The notes: generated by a model not told the origin, from the letters alone. 64,000 nucleotides of DNA from Scyliorhinus canicula (GCF_902713615.1 NC_052146.1:25774135-25838134), one strand, 5' to 3'. Counted from the stretch's first letter, positions 10,950-25,887 are shown. Translations and numbers: made by a program.

Positions 10950-11270
10950 TTAAAATTAAAATTAAATAGATCTTTATTATTGTCACAAGTAGGCTTACAT
11001 TAACACTGCAATGACGTTACAGTGAAAATCCCTGAGTCGCCACAATCCGGCGCCTGTTCAGGTACACTGAGAGAAAATTCAGAATGTCCAATTCACCAAA
11101 CAAGCACGTCTTTCACGACTTGTGGGAGGAAACCGGAGCACCCAGAGGAAACCACGCAGACACCGGGAGAACGTGCAGACTCCACACAGAGAGTGACCCA
11201 AGCCGGGAATCGAACGCAGGGCCCCGGCGCTTTGAAGTAACAGTGCTAACCATTATGTTACCGTGCCACC
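10950..11270 (-). mobile_element. V-core tRNA SINE with CTTGTGACAATAA tail
   Basis: Reverse-strand head GGGTGGCACGGTAAC and V core. Second copy near 48795-49114. Confidence 0.8.
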
Positions 11271-11844
11271 CATGAAAGAGGAGAGATTTCGCCCTTTGAC
11301 CCTGATCTGCCATTCAGCAAGATGACTGCTGATTAACCTCACTTCCACTTTCCCATACTCTTTCCATATCCCACATAAACCCACTCAACTCAGACATTTA
11401 AAATTAGGAATTTTACATTGCTCAGGGTACAGGTTATTGTGTGGCCAAAAGCACTTTTTCCACCCTCTCCTCAATCTGGACAAAAACTAAAATCATATAA
11501 TTGACATCACTGTTGGCAATGTGGAGATGCCATCGTGCTACCAGCCACAACACTGTAATCACTTCCGTGTTTATTCATAGTTAGGCTGACACAGGAAGTA
11601 TAAATAAAGGCCGTGCCTTTCATCATAGGGTCTGAGTCAGAATGGCCGAGTGACTCGGGGACATTTCATGGTAAATGTTTGCTAATTTGCATTCCAGTCA
11701 GTTACCTGTTGTAATGGCTGCAAAGAAATGACGCAAAGAACAAGGCAGGTGAAGAAACAGGGGCTTATTTTGGGCAAAACAACATTATATAGGACAATGA
11801 TACGAATGCTTTAAAACTCAACGGCTCCGAGACTCCATACGACC

Positions 11845-14840
11845 ATAAGACATAGGAGCAGAATTAGCTCACTCGGCCCATCGAGTCTGCTCCACCATTC
11901 AATCATGGCTGATATTTTCTCATCCCCATTCTCCTGCCATCTCCCCATAGCCCCTGATCCCCTTATTGATCAAAAACCTATCTATCACTGTCTCATAGAC
12001 ACTCAGTGATTTGGCCTCCACAGCCTTCTGCGGCAAAGAGTTCCACAGATTCACCACCCTCTGGCTGAAGAAATTCCTCCTCATCTCTGTTTTAAAGGAT
12101 CGTCCCTTTAGTCTGAGATTGTGTCTTCTGCTTCTAGTTTTTCCCACAAGTGGAAACGTCCTCTCCACGTCCACTCTATCCAGGCCTCGCAGTATCCTGT
12201 AAGTTTCAATAAGATTCCTCTTCATCCTTCTAAACTCCAATGAGTACAGACCGAACTGTCCTCATATGACAAGCTCTTCATTCCAGGGATCATTCTTGTG
12301 AACCTCCTCTGGACCCTTTCCAAGGCCAACACATCCTTGCTTAGATACGGGGACCAAAACTGCTCACACTACTCCAAATGGGGTCTGACCAGAGCCTTTT
12401 ACAGCCTCAGGAGTACATCCCTGGTCTTGTATTCTAGCCCTCTCAACATGAATGCTAACATTGCATTTACCTTCCTAACTGCCAACTGAACCTACACATT
12501 AACCTTGAGAGAATCGTGAATAAGGATTCCCAAGTCCCTTTGTGCTTCTGATTTCCTGAGCCCCTTCCCAGTTAGAATTTACTCTATGCCTCCATTTCTC
12601 CTTCAAAAAGGATAACCTCACACTTTTCCACATTGAATTCCATCTGCCACTTCTTTGCCCACTCTCCTAGCCTGTCCAAGTCCTTCTGCAGCTCGCCGGC
12701 TTCCTCAGTACTACCTGCCCCTCAGCAGATCTTTGTATCATCTACAAACTTAGCAACCGTGCCTCCAGTTCCTTCCTCCAGATCATTAATGCATATTCTG
12801 ACATCCTGAAAAAGACCCTTTATCCCCACTCGCTGCCTTCTGCCAGTCAGCCAATCCTCTATCCATGCCAGGATCTTACCCTGAACGCCATGGGCTCTTA
12901 ACTTATATAACAGTCTCCTATGAGGGAGCTTGTTAAAGGTCTTCTGGAAATCTAAATAAACATGTCCACTGGTTCTTCTTTGTCTAACTTCCTTGTCACT
13001 TCCTCAAAGAACTCTAACAGATTTGTCAGACATGACCTCCCCTTGATGAAGCCGTGCTGACTCAGTCCTATTTTATCATGCACTTCCAAGTACTCTGCGA
13101 TCTCATCTTTAATAATAGACTCTAACATCTTACCAATGACCGAAGTCAGGCTAACCGGCCTATAATTTCCACTCTTCTGCCTCACTCCCTTCTTAAACAG
13201 TGGTGTTACTTTGGCCACCTTCCAGTCCTCTGGGACCCTTCCTGCCTCCAGTGATTCCTGAAAGATCATCGCCAATGCCGCCACAATCTCCTGAGCTGTC
13301 TCTTTTAGAACCCTGGGGTGTAGTCCATCCGGTCTAGGTGATTTATCCACCTTCAAACCTTTCAGTTTCCTCAGAATCTTCTCCTTAGTAATGGTTACTG
13401 CACTCACCTCTGCCCCCTGGTTCTCCTGGAGCTCTGGCATCCCACTGGTGTCTTCCACCATGAAGACTGATGCAACGTAACTATTCACGGGGAATTTCAG
13501 GGACTATTCAGTTTGTCTGCCATTTCTTTGTTTCCTACTTCTCCATCCACATTTTCCAGTGTTCCAATGTCCATTTTTCCCTCTCTCTTACCTTTTATAT
13601 ATTGAAAAAACTCTTCCTATCCTCCTTTATATTACTGGCTATCTTGCACTCATACTTCATCTTCTTCCCCCTTATTGCTTTTTTAGTTGTCCTCTGCTCA
13701 CTTTTAAAGGCTTCCCAGTCCTCTGGCTTCCCACTAATCCGCGCCACCTTGTCTGCTTTTTCTTTAGCTTTTATGCGGTCCTTGACTTCCCTCGTCAGTC
13801 ATGGATGCCTTGTCCTCCCTTGAGCACATTTCTTCCTCCTTGGGATTAATTTCTGTTGTGCCTCCCGAATAACCCCCAAAGATTCCTGCCATTGTTATTC
13901 CACTGTCTTCCCTGCTCGGCTCCTTTTCCAATCAACTCTGGCCAGCTCCTCCCTCATGTCTTTGTAGTTACCTTTATTTAATTGTAATACCGTTACATCT
14001 GATTGCAGCTTCTCCCTCTCAAACCACAGGGTTAATTCTATCATATTGTGGTCACTGCTCCCTGAGATTCCTTCACCTTAAGTTCCCTAATCAAGTCTGC
14101 CTCATTACACATCACTAAATCCATAATTAACTGTTCCCTAGTAGGCTCTGTCACAAGCTTCTCCAAAAAACCATCTCTTATACTTTCCACAAATTCCTTT
14201 TCTTGGGATCCACGACCAACCTGATTTTCCAAGTCCACCTGCATTTGAAGCCCCCCATGATTATTGTAATATTGCCTGTTTTACATGCCTTTTCTATCTC
14301 CTGATTTATTTTCTGCCCCACATCCTGACTACTGCCAGGGGACATGTACATAACTCCCATCAGGGTCTTTTTACCTTTGCTCTACCCAGCTTTTACCTCA
14401 ACTCTACCCACGGAGATTCCATGCCTTCTGATCCTATATCACTCCTTGCTATCGATTTAACTTCATTCCTTACGAAAAATGCAAGCCCGCCCTCTTTGTC
14501 TATCTGCCTGTCCTTTCGATTGGACGCATATCCTTCGGTATTTAGATCCCAGCCTTGAGCCCCTTGCAGCTACGTCTCTGTGATGCCCAAAACATCACAC
14601 CGGCCAATTTCAATGTGTGCAACGAGCTCATTTACCTTGTTCCGTATATTGGCCGCATTAAGGTACAACACCCTCAATCCTGCATTGACGCCCTCCCTTA
14701 TCACACTTGTCACCTTTTTGCTCTGCCTGAGGGTGATGTAGTTCTTTTATTTTGGTTCTCTAATTCCCCTTCAGTTATTACACCTTCTAAGCTCACATTT
14801 TGGTTCCCCCCCCCCCCCCCCATATTAGTTTAAATCCTCC
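11845..14840 (-). mobile_element. Degenerate CR1 LINE (EN and RT)
   Basis: KSPRPDGLHPRVLKE, GNYRPVSLTSVIGK, QHGFIKGRSCLTNLLEFFEEVT, RRNFFSQRVVNLWNSLP, TCTTATG-type tail. Confidence 0.92.
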
Positions 14841-16080
14841 CGAGTGAACTCCAACTGTCAAACACTCTGTCCACCCCGTGCTCAATTTGCACGCTTCACC
14901 GCGATTGGCCCAATGGGTCATGTGGCTCCCAGAAACTCACCCACCTGCCAAAGGGACACACCGTCACACATGTTTACACATGTAGCGTCATGCTTTAATG
15001 ATGGCTACTCAAACGGGTCAGTTTAATCTGAATATAAATGCAACACACTAAGTCTTGTTCTGTGTGTTTTTAAAGCAGAGATCATTTCCTTGGATTGCCG
15101 GATTGTCCTGGTGGAGAGGCTTGAATGTTCCGTTGATCCTGGGAGCAATGCCATCAGGAATCGTAAACTCCTGACAGGGTCAGCGTGACGGTAAGGTCGG
15201 AGGGGAGGATCCAGACAAAGTGCAATCCAAAACAAGTCCTCAACAGTGGATTGGGGGAAGAAACCCATATGGTATCAATGGCTGCAATGGCGGATGAAGC
15301 CCGCAGCAGGAGGGAGATCCCCAGTCATCGAGGTTCCCTTGTCACTGAAACTGGACCTACCCTTTGTCAAGGACCGTGCATCTGCTGATGTGCAAAGGCA
15401 TTCCCACGTTAATAGATGTCCTGCACCAGGCGTCTACCTGAAGGAAACCACACAGACAAGGCCTGCAATGATCGGCGAGAGGTGACAGGGACAGGACCCT
15501 GAGAACCGGAAGTCCCTAGCTTCGACTGGAATGTAGGTGGTGGAGTTTGATTCAGTCGTCTCACTCTTGGAATAGGAATAGGAGAATGTTTTGGCAGTTT
15601 TCTTCATGATTGAGTAGCCCTCTTCGGGATCCACTTTGTTCACCCTGCATGGGGAAAGGATTGGAAAAGGTGCCCTAAAAATAGTCTGTTGCTTCCTCAA
15701 CCTGACAGGAAGACCCCATCCAGCAGACTCATCTACCTGTGGTCGGAAAATCAAAGTTAGACTCAATTTGGGAACCTGGAATGTACAAACCCTCATGGAT
15801 TGGATTGGATTTGTTTATTGCCATGTGTACCGAGGTACATTGAAAAATATTGTTCTGTGTGCAGCTCAGACAGATTATTCCGTACATGAAAAGAAAATAC
15901 TTAATGAGGTAATGAGCAAAACAATTGACTGGAACGGAGAACTGCCCTTGTTGCCCATGAACTCAGGCAAAGTACAGCTGAGGAAATAAGTCGCTGATTA
16001 CACCTTCTTCTGGCGATGAAAACCTGAGGTTCAGCCAGAGATGCATGGACTTGGATTAACCATCAACAATAAACTTGTGG

Positions 16081-19000
16081 GACTTCCGGTGGCAACGTGT
16101 AGGTGGAAGTCGCACGTTAGGTGGCTCCTGTTAGAGTCTTTGTATTTTTGGTCTTTATCGCCAGTCTCAGGGGTACGTTTTGGATGAGTTGTTGAGGGAA
16201 GTCATAAGGAGTCAGTGGAATGTCGAAGTTCCAGAAGGAAGGTCCTGGAAAGAAGTGGGTGAGTGAATTTCCGCCGGCGAGTGTTGCTGTGAGTCCAGCA
16301 GGAGGAAAGATGGCAGGGGGCTGGTTCGTCAGGTGGGGCCGCTCCCATCACGGTTGAAATTCTGACCGGGGTGGTGTCGGGGCAGTTTGAAAGGCTGTTC
16401 ACCAAACATTTAGAGGCGCTTCGGAGGGAGATGACGGATTGGCTGAAAGAGTGGGTGGAGGAGATGCTTGCCCCGATAAAGGTTGCATTAATGAAGCTGT
16501 TGTTTGAGGTGCGGGACCAAGGAGAGAATGAAAGGGGTAAAGGAGCATTGTCGCAACTTCGCGACCAGTTCACCTCGATGGGTGAGGAGCTGCGCAGGGT
16601 GGCGGAGGTCAATAAAGGGCTAAGAGCCATGGTGGGCGACCTGGAGAACAGGTCAAGGAGTCAGAATTTGTGGATCTTGGCTGTGCCCGAAGGGGTGGAG
16701 GGCACAAGGCTGACCCGAGTATTTTGCGAACATGTTCTCCATGTTGGTGGGGGAGGGGGGAAGAACCCTCCCTCCATGAGTTGGACAAGGAGCATTGGTC
16801 AGTCCAGCTGAAGCCTGGAATAAATGAGCCACCAAGCACGGCCATAGTCTGCTTCTACAGCTACCACGTGAAGGGGAAGGTTTTGAGCTGGGCGAAGCAG
16901 AAGCGGAAAATGAAATGGGAAGACGTTGGGATTGGTATATACCTAGATCTGACAGTGGAATTGGTGAAAATACGGCCGGCCTTTGGACGGGTGAAGGCAG
17001 CACTGTACAGCAGTGGGGTGAGGTTCAGAGTGGTCGCCCCAGCGGAGCCACGAGTGACTCACAACTCAAAGGCCTTTTACTTTGAGACGGCGGAGATGTT
17101 CTTTAATGCTGAAGAACTGGGACTGAGATGAGAGTTGGGATCTGAACTTTGATGGTGTGGACTGGGAATGTTTTTTTTAGCTTGTTTCCTAGATTGATTT
17201 TTTGTCAAGGGGGCGTTTTTGCATGTGTTCTTGTTTCTTGTTATGCATGTGTTTTTATGTTGTTTAGGGGATGCGGTCTCCCTACTCTGGCGGTATGGCT
17301 AGGGGGGGTTGGAGTTGGCGGTTGGTGGGAGTGTGGGATGGGGCGTTGGAGGGGGTTTGGTATGATGATCCACGTTGCTGAGGGTGTGGTGGGGTGGACG
17401 GGGGGCTCTCGCAGGGGTCACCACGCTAGCGAATGAAGGTTGGGTAGTGAACGGCAGTGTGGAGGGGGGAGGGGCCGTGGGCATTGGAATCTGGTCGAAC
17501 AGGTTTCAATGGACCTGGAAGGTGTGAATGGTTGGCGGAGCAGATTGATACTGGGTGAGGTGTTTGCAAGAGGACGTGGATGGGATTTTGGGAAAGGGGA
17601 TGGGGGTCGGGGATGGGTAACAGAGGGAGGGGGCCGGTCCAGTGGATGGGTAGGGCGTGGGGTAATGGTGATGGCAGTTAGGAGGGCAGCGAGGGGGGGG
17701 TGAGACACTCCTGGTCAGAATGGTGACGTGGAACGTGAGGGGGTTAGGGATACCCATGAGTTGATTTTGTGGGGTGGGAGGGATTGGAAGACAGCGCTCG
17801 AGCCGAGGGTGGAAATGTCCCAGCCAAGCTCGCTGACCCCGTCCGGGGGGTGGGGGGTGGGGGGGGGGGGGGGGGGGGGCAGGCATATGAGGGAGGTAGG
17901 GGTTGACCCATGGAGATTTTTACACCCGAGGGATCGGGAGTATTCTTTTTTATCCCGCAGCGCAATGTCTTCTCCAGGATTGACTTCTTTATGGTGGGGT
18001 AGGCGCTCTTGGATGGAGTTAAGAGGGCCGAGCAATCAGCAATTGTGATCTTGGACCACGCACCACACTGGATGGACATGGTACTGGAGAAGGGCTGGCC
18101 CAGAAACTGGGGTGGAGGATGGATGTGGGGCTGTTGGCGAACCGGAGATTCTGTGATAAGAAAGGAAGGTAATTGAGGAGTATGTGGTTCAATGTTTGGC
18201 CGAGGTCTCGCCGTCAGTGGGTTGGGAAGCCCTGAAGGCAGTGTTGAGGGGGGAGTGATCTCTTTTCAGGCTAAGGTGGATTGGGAAGAGAGAGAGGAAC
18301 ACCAACGGGTGATAGAAGAGGTTTTGGAGGTGGATGGGAGGGATGCGGGGGACCCGGATCCAGGTCTCCTGGTAAAGAAGGAGCTGCAGGTGAGGTTCGA
18401 CCTGCTGTCCGGAGGGAAAGCGAGGCATCAGCTGAGCTGGGTGAGAGGGACAGTCCGTGAATAGGGGGAGAAGGCGTGTTGTATGTTGGGAAGCCAGCTT
18501 CGCAGGAAGGCCACAGCAAGGGACATTGTTTGGTTTTGGGATAGGATGGGGGAGTTGGTGGTGACTCTGGAGTGGATTAACAAGGTATTTGAGGAGTTTT
18601 ATAGGAGCTTGTATAAGTCGAAGCCACCAGAGGATGATTGGGAGGTAAGGGTTGTTTTGGAGGGGTTAGAGTGCCCGAGGTTGAGTGAATTGGGGAACGT
18701 GGGGCTGGAGGAGCCAGTGGGGCCAGAGGAAATGTAGGTGGCAATTGAGAAGATGCAGGCGGGGAAGGTGGCAGGGCCGGATGGGTTCCCGGTTGAATTT
18801 TATAAGAAATTTAAGGACAAGCTGGCACCATAGTTGGTGGAAATGTTCGAGGACGCGATGGTCAGGGGGAGTTTGGTGAAAATGATGGGACTGGCCTCCA
18901 TTTCGTTGCTGCCTCAGAAGGATAAGGACCCGGTGGAGTGTGGGGCTTCCAGGCCCATATCTCTGCTGAATGGGGACGCCAAGATATTGGCAAAGATGTT

Positions 19001-21022
19001 GGCGTTATGGTTGGACACGTGCCTTCCGAGGGTGATTGGGGAGGATCACACGGGGTTTGATAAGGGCAGATATGTGGCTGCTGAATGTGGTGCTTTCTCC
19101 AGCAGAGGGAAGGGATTTGGAGGTGGTGATGGCATTAGATGTGGAGAAGGCGTTTGATCGGTTGGAGTGGAGTTATTTGATCGCAGTGTTGGGGAAATTT
19201 GAAATGATGCACAGTTTGTGAAATGGGTGCAGTTGTTGTATAAGGAGCCGATGGCGAGCGTGCACATGAATGATAAGAATTGATGGTATTTTTTATTGCA
19301 CTGCGGAACGAGATGGGGTGCCCCATGTCTCCCCTTCAGTTTACATTAGCTATCGAGCCCTTGACCATTGCCATTCCGTCTGGCAGTGTCTCACTTTAGG
19401 TATCTGGGGGTTCAGATAGCCGGGGACTGGGCAGGTATTCGGAAGTTGAATTCCTCCAGCTTGGTGGGGAGGGTGAAGGCCAACTTGGTGAGGTGGGAGG
19501 GTGAAGGCTGATTTGTCGAGTTGGCACAATCTTCCTCTGTTATTGGCGGGCCGGGTTCAGGGAGTGAAGATGAAGACATTTTCTCGTGATTTTTGTTTCT
19601 GTTTCGATGCCTGCTGGTCTTTTTGCCAAAGACATTTTTCAAAGGGGTTGACCGACTGATCTCTTTGTTTGTCTGAGTAGGGAAGGTGGCCAGGATAAGG
19701 AAGGTGGTGTTGATGAGGGAACAGCAGTCAGAGGGGTTGGGCCTTCTGAATCTGATGTCCTATTATTGGGTGGCGAATGCAGAGAAAGTTCAGGGGTGGG
19801 ATAGGGAGACGGGGGCTTTGTGGGAAGGATGGAGGCGAGCTCATGTCGGGGGTCGAGGGAGCAGACACTGGCAATGGTACCACTCCCGATGGCCCCAGGG
19901 AAGTATTTGGTAGGTCCAGTCGTGGTGGCCATGCTGAAGATTTGGAGGCAGTTTCAGCAGCATTTCAGGTTGGGAGTGAGGTCGGGGGGATGCCAATCAG
20001 GGGAAATCACGGATTTGAGCTGGGGAGGATGGGTGTGAGTTTGCAGGGATGGGAGGAGAAGGGGATTCCCTCAGATGAAGCATTTGTTTCTGGGAGGGTG
20101 TTTAGGTTGGGGCGGCAGGAGAGATTCCGGTGCATGCCAGTGCTGGACTTTGTGAGGAAGGTATTCCCAATAGCACGTGCCTCATCGTTGCTGAAGGTGG
20201 TGCTGTCAGCAAGGGGAAGGGGGTTTTGGAGAAGGGGATTGTCTCAGCGATTTATGGGAGGATTTTGGAGGAGGGTAAGGTGTCTATGGAGCGGGGGATA
20301 AGGCCAAGTTGGAGGTAGAGCTGGGTCAGCACTGGAAGAGGGGTTTTGGTGTGAGGTGCTGTGGAGGGCGAATGCCTCGACCTTGTGTGCGAGGCTGGAG
20401 CTGATGCAGCTGAAGGTAGTGTGCAGAGCCCACCTGACCAAATCAAGGATGAGCCGGCTGTTTGAGGGGGTGGATGAAGTCTGTGAGCAACGTGGGAGGG
20501 GCCCTGTGAACCATGTACATATCGTTGGGTCTGCCCAGAGTTGGAACGGTTTTGGAGGTTGATTTCAGCACCATTTCGAGGCTGCTGCATGTGGATGTGG
20601 AGCCCTGTCCCCTAGAAGCCATATCCGTGTTCTCCGACCAGCCAGAACTGCAGATGGGTGTGGGGACAGATGTCTTTGCCTCGCACGTCGGTCTTGTTGA
20701 GGAGGGGGTTAGCTTCTCCACCCTGTGCCTCGGCATGGCGGGGGGACCTGCTGGAATTCTTAGCCCTGGACAAGGTGAAATTGCTCTCGGGGTTGGGGGG
20801 GGGGGGGGGGGGGGGGCAACGAGTGATGGGTTCTACAAACTTTGTGGTTTGTTCATTTTGCATTTTGGGGAGTTGGTTACCATTAACTGCTGAGGGAGGG
20901 GTGGGAGGTAGGAGGGATGAAGGGGCAGGCATGGGTGGGTGGGGGGGTTTAAAGTGTTGGGTGGGTTATTGTTGCAAAATGTTAAAATGTTGAAAATTCA
21001 GAATAAAAATACTTTTTAAAAA
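16081..21022 (+). mobile_element. Near full-length degenerate L1-clade LINE inside the RTE EN domain
   Basis: GACTTCCGG 5' end. ORF1 LENRSRSQNLWILAVPEGVEG. ORF2 VTWNVRGLG, RPISLLNGDAKILAK, ALDVEKAFDRLEW. AATAAA at 21002. Degraded TSD (AACAATAAACTTGT / GACAACAAACCCGT). Confidence 0.88.
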
Positions 21023-22865
21023 GACAACAAACCCGTCAACCGACCCTCAGAGCTTCCTTCCGGTATCAATGAGTGCCTCAGGACCCTCTGTCTGCACCTT
21101 ATGAATAACCAGCGGGCAACATTTGTGACTGCCTACACCCCAACCCTTGATGCCAATGACAAGCCCAAAGAAGGCTTCTACCCCACCCTGGACATCGTAC
21201 TCTCCAACACTCCTGAGGAAGATACGATCATCCTCCTTGCTGACTTCAACAGCAGGGTTGGAAGAGACTTCTAAATTCTTGGAAGGAATCATTGGAAAGG
21301 AAGGAGTTGGGAATTGCAACTCCAACAGTGTTCTTCTGCTCACTAAATGCACAGAACACCAGTTTGTTGCATTTCTCCGCCAAATAGACAAGTTTCAGAC
21401 TTCCTGCAGACACCCACGATCAAAGAACTGGCAGATGATTGACCTCATCATCATCTGATCCCGAGGCAAAAGGACGATCAATGCAGATGCCTTCTAGACC
21501 ACCAGCTCATCTGTTCCACTGTGCCCATCAAACACGCAGCGAAAGATGAAGAAACAACTCAGTAAAAAGATCAACATTGAGCGGCTTCATGAGTCAAGCA
21601 TGCTCATGAATTTCCAACACTGTCATCTCCAAAATCTCCAAAGTGTCCATTCTAATGGAGTAGAGGAAAACTGGAAAGAGCTGAAGACAACCATCATCCC
21701 AAGCTGTGAAGAATCCATGGTCTACAAGTCCAGGAAACACCAAGACTTGTTTGACAAGAATAACCACACCATCGAGGGTCTCATTGACAAGCGGAGGAAA
21801 ACTCTCCAGTCCTGGCAAAATGGAACAACCAACAAGGCAAAGAAGAGAGCTCATCACTCAGCCAAGGTGGAGGTACAAAGGAGAACCAGGGAAATCAAGA
21901 ACGAATGGTGGACTGAGAAGGCTAAGGGACTGCAACTCCTCGCCAACAAGCACGACAAGCGGACCTTCTTCAGTGCCACCGAGACAATATATGGACCCAA
22001 TACCATAGGCCTCAAACTGGTGCAGAGTAAGGACAGAATCCTCTTGGGAGACAAAGAAAACATAGGCCTTTGATGGAGAGAACACTTCAAAGAACTCCCG
22101 AACTGTGATACAAACATAGATGAAGGTGTGCTTGAGGAAATCCCCAATTCCCCACCAAAGATCATCTTGGACTCCCTGAAAACTTGGATGAAGTTGAAGC
22201 CGCCATTAAACAAACGAAGAATGGAAAAGTTGCAGGTGTGGATGGGACTCTATCAGAGATTTTCAAGTTTGGAGGAGAAGAGATCACCGGTCATCTCCAT
22301 CAGCTGTCCCTGAAAATTTCAGACAGAGAAAAAATTCCTGTCATCACCGTCATCTTCAAGAAAGGAGACAAAGTGGACTGTGGCAACTACCGAAAATCTC
22401 TCTACTCTCCATCGCGGGAAAGATTGTTGCCTGAATCCTTGCTAGCTCCCTTCTCCCAGTATCTGAAGAAATCCTCCCGGAAAGTAAGTCTGGGTTCCGA
22501 TCAAACTGTGGAACTGTGGGCATGATTTTCACTGATCCACAACTTCAAGAGAAATGCCAGGAGCAACATTCTCAACATGGCCTCCATCGATCTGACCAAG
22601 GCTTTTGACTCAGTCAATGGGGAAGTGCGATGGAAGACCTTGCCAAAGGCCCATTGTCCAGAGAAATTCAGCAACATCCTCTGTCTCCTCCACGATAAGA
22701 TGTTGCTGACAGTCCTCACCAACGGAAATAAGACAGAAACTTTTGAGGTCAAGATTGGAGTCAAGCAGGAATGTGTTATCACCCCCACCCTTTTCTCCAT
22801 CTTCATCGCCATCATCCTTAACCTTGTCAAGACACGTTTCCCAGTGGAGTGGACATCGCCTACAG

Positions 22866-23920
22866 CAGAGAATCCCAACTGGTGTGCCATGAAGGCCTCA
22901 CAAGTGTTCCGCAAAATACAGTTCAAAATGATTACATATTAGTACAATATAAACTAAATCTAATCTTCGTTTTCAGCTCTGTGATTGGCATCTCCCAGAT
23001 GAACCTTAGGCCTCCCACACATGCCGGCTGGGAATGAACCACACATTCATGGTTCAGAATCCTTCACAATGGTCATGCGCATGGGCCTAACCGATGGAAA
23101 AAATCAGAACTGCACATGTGTGACCCTTTCCGTCTGGCACACGCATTGTTCAGATTACCAACATAAAACATTGCAAACCACGTATGTACTGACCATTCTG
23201 GTGTCAATGGCGCTTGCGCAGGAGATCCCACAGAGTTGAAGGCAAAGGCCCCTTGCGGCTGCGCAATAAGCAAGAACACAAAAATGCCTCAAAAGCCTGG
23301 GAGATACGAGGGATTCAGGGAGAGACTGGGGGAAAAAAGAGGAGAAAAGACAGAGGGAAGTGAAAAAAAAAATATTCCCAGTAAGGGAAGAACTCAGGGG
23401 GAAGAAACAGGAACCAATAAAGTTAAGAAAAGGAGAAACAGTCTCCATGATTATATTTGACATTATAAACCCTTCAGGAGACCTGAGAAGGTGATACAAA
23501 CACAGGCTTATTCTTCAGGCAGAGTGGCATACAGCACATCGATCTCAGCCAGGACCACCGATCTCACCAGTCCCAATTTGGGCCGGCTTTTAAGTGTTAT
23601 TTTCACGGACTCCAGCCGCTCGGCCTCTACCCCTCAGCAGAGGAGCTCGTATTCACTGAGGTCCCACAGGGAGATCAATTGGGTCGTCCACGTGGGTCTT
23701 GTGAGGTTATTACAGACATGCAAGTTAAGGAAGCGATGGCTTTCATTGTAAACTTCTAAAACCTAATAAAAATTGTATTAAATAGTGGCTTGACATGTTT
23801 TTGGAGGTTTCAGAAATAAAAAGCTTTAGCAAGAGGGTAGTTGGGGAAAATAGGAGGTGTACCTCAAAATGTTTACAGTATAAAAGTGTGCCATGGCGTA
23901 AAAAATGTTAGGAACCACTG
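22866..23920. mobile_element. hAT/Charlie-like non-autonomous DNA transposon
   Basis: Ends CAGAGAATCCCAAC ... GTTAGGAACCACTG are imperfect TIRs. 8-bp flanks are GCCTACAG/GGGTACAG. The RTE motif GVDIAYR|VDGKHFNL rejoins on excision. Confidence 0.7.
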
Positions 23921-25887
23921 GGGTACAGGGTGGATGGAAAACATTTCAATCTCAATGGGCTGAAATCCAAGAAGAAAATGACGCTGACATCACTCGTGGA
24001 ACTTCAGTTTGCGATGACATCGCCATCTCCACTCTCTTGGAAGAGAATTTCCTGGCCATGCTGATGCTCGACACTCTCACGGAAGATTAACAAAGAATCA
24101 GCCTCAGCCTCAAAAAGATTCAAGTCCTCTACCAACCCGCCCCAGGGCAAGCCTGGTCACTCTCTCCATCAAGATTAAAACCAGACAAAACATGGAACAT
24201 TTCTCCTACCTGGGCAGCCACATTTCATCTAAGGCTGATATCGATCCAACATTGTATCCAATCTATGAGCTCCTCCTTTGAACGAGGGACTTTGACGACT
24301 GTGAAATCCGTGCTGACACCAAGATCCTCTTCCAACTCTTCTGTATGACTCAAAAGCTTGGACTAGATAGACACCACTTCAAGGCCCTAGAGAGGTACCA
24401 TCAACGGACTAGCAAATGGTGGGAAAGGAAGGCCTCAGGGGCGCTCCATATACTACCAAAAACAAGTAACAAGGTGCCTAGTTCCCATGCTATTGGAGAT
24501 GGACTCTACATATCAGCTGGGAGGACAGGCGTACGATCATCAGAGTCCTTGAGGGAGCCAAGAGCACCAGCTTTGAGGCCATGATCATCCACAACCAACT
24601 CCACTGGGCCGGCCTGATGCTTAGGATGTCAGAGTGCCGACTGCCAAAGCAAATCTTCTTCGCCCAGCTCAAGGAAGGTTCCCGAACAAGAGGAGGACAA
24701 AGAAAGTTCTTCAAAGATACATTGAAGGCTTTCTTCAAGAAATGTAGCATAGACAGTAAAGCCTGGGAGACCCTTGCTCAGAAGAGACCTGCTTGGAGGA
24801 ACATCCTGATTGAGAGAACATAATTCTTCCAGGACACCCAACAACAAAACCAGACCAGGAAAAGAACCTGAGAAAGTAATACCAGAGATCTTGGATTGGA
24901 TTGGCTTATTGTCACATGTACTGAGGTACAGTGAAAAGTGTTTTTCTGCATGCAGCTCAAACAAATCACTTAGCGCATGAAAAGAAAATACATAATAGGG
25001 CAACACAAAGTACATAATGTAAATACATAGACACCGGCATCGGGTGAAGCATACAGGAGTGTATTATTGATCAAATCAGTCTATAAGACGGTCGTTTAGC
25101 AATCGCAAGGCAGCGGGAGGTGTAGATAGAGTCAATGGGTGGGAGGCAGGTTTATGTGATGGACTGGGCGGTGTTCAAGACTCTCTGAGGTTTCTTGCGG
25201 TCTTGGGCCGAGCAGTTGCCATACCAGGCTGTGATGCAGCCAGATTGGATGTTTTCTATGGTGCATCTGTAAAAGTTGGTAAGAATCAATGTGGACATGC
25301 CGAATTTCCTTAGTTTCCTGAGGAAGTATAGATGCTGATGTGCTTTCTTTGTGGTAGCATCGGCGTGGGTGGAGCAGGACAGATATTTGGAGATGTGTAC
25401 CCCTAGGAATTTGAAACTGCTAACCATCTCCACCTCGGCCCCATTGATGCAGACATGGGTGTGCAGTACTTTGCTTTCTGAAGTCAATGACCAGCTCTTT
25501 AGTTTTTCTGACATTGAGGGAGAGATTGTTGTTGTTACACCACTCCACCAGGTTCTCAATCTCCCTCCTGTATTCTGACTCGTCGGTGTTGGAGTTCCGA
25601 TTCACTGTGGCCATGTCATCAGCAAACCTGTAGATGGAGTTGGAGCCAAATTTTGCAATGCAGTCGTCTGCGTAAAAGAAGTATAGCAGGGGTCGAAGTA
25701 CGCAGCCTAGCGCGGCCCCGATATTGAGGACTATCATGTGTAGTTTTTACCTCACCACTATTCTTAGAATTCCCCCTATACCAAAATGGGTAGGTTTATT
25801 CTAAATGGTGAGCAGGGATTCTCACTCCCCGACTCCTACGCAGACTTAGGCGGGTGCTATTCAGGTCAAACTAGTGTCTCAAGTTGT

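Larger units (their letters stand above)
15100..24890 (+). mobile_element. Degenerate RTE-clade LINE split by nested L1, hAT and Rex1 insertions
   Basis: LGTWNVQTLMD EN start, IDLTKAFDSVN RT, GVKQECVITPTLF, QLHWAG..RMSECRLPKQIFFAQL..G.RTRGGQRK C-terminus. The left boundary is approximate. Confidence 0.85.
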
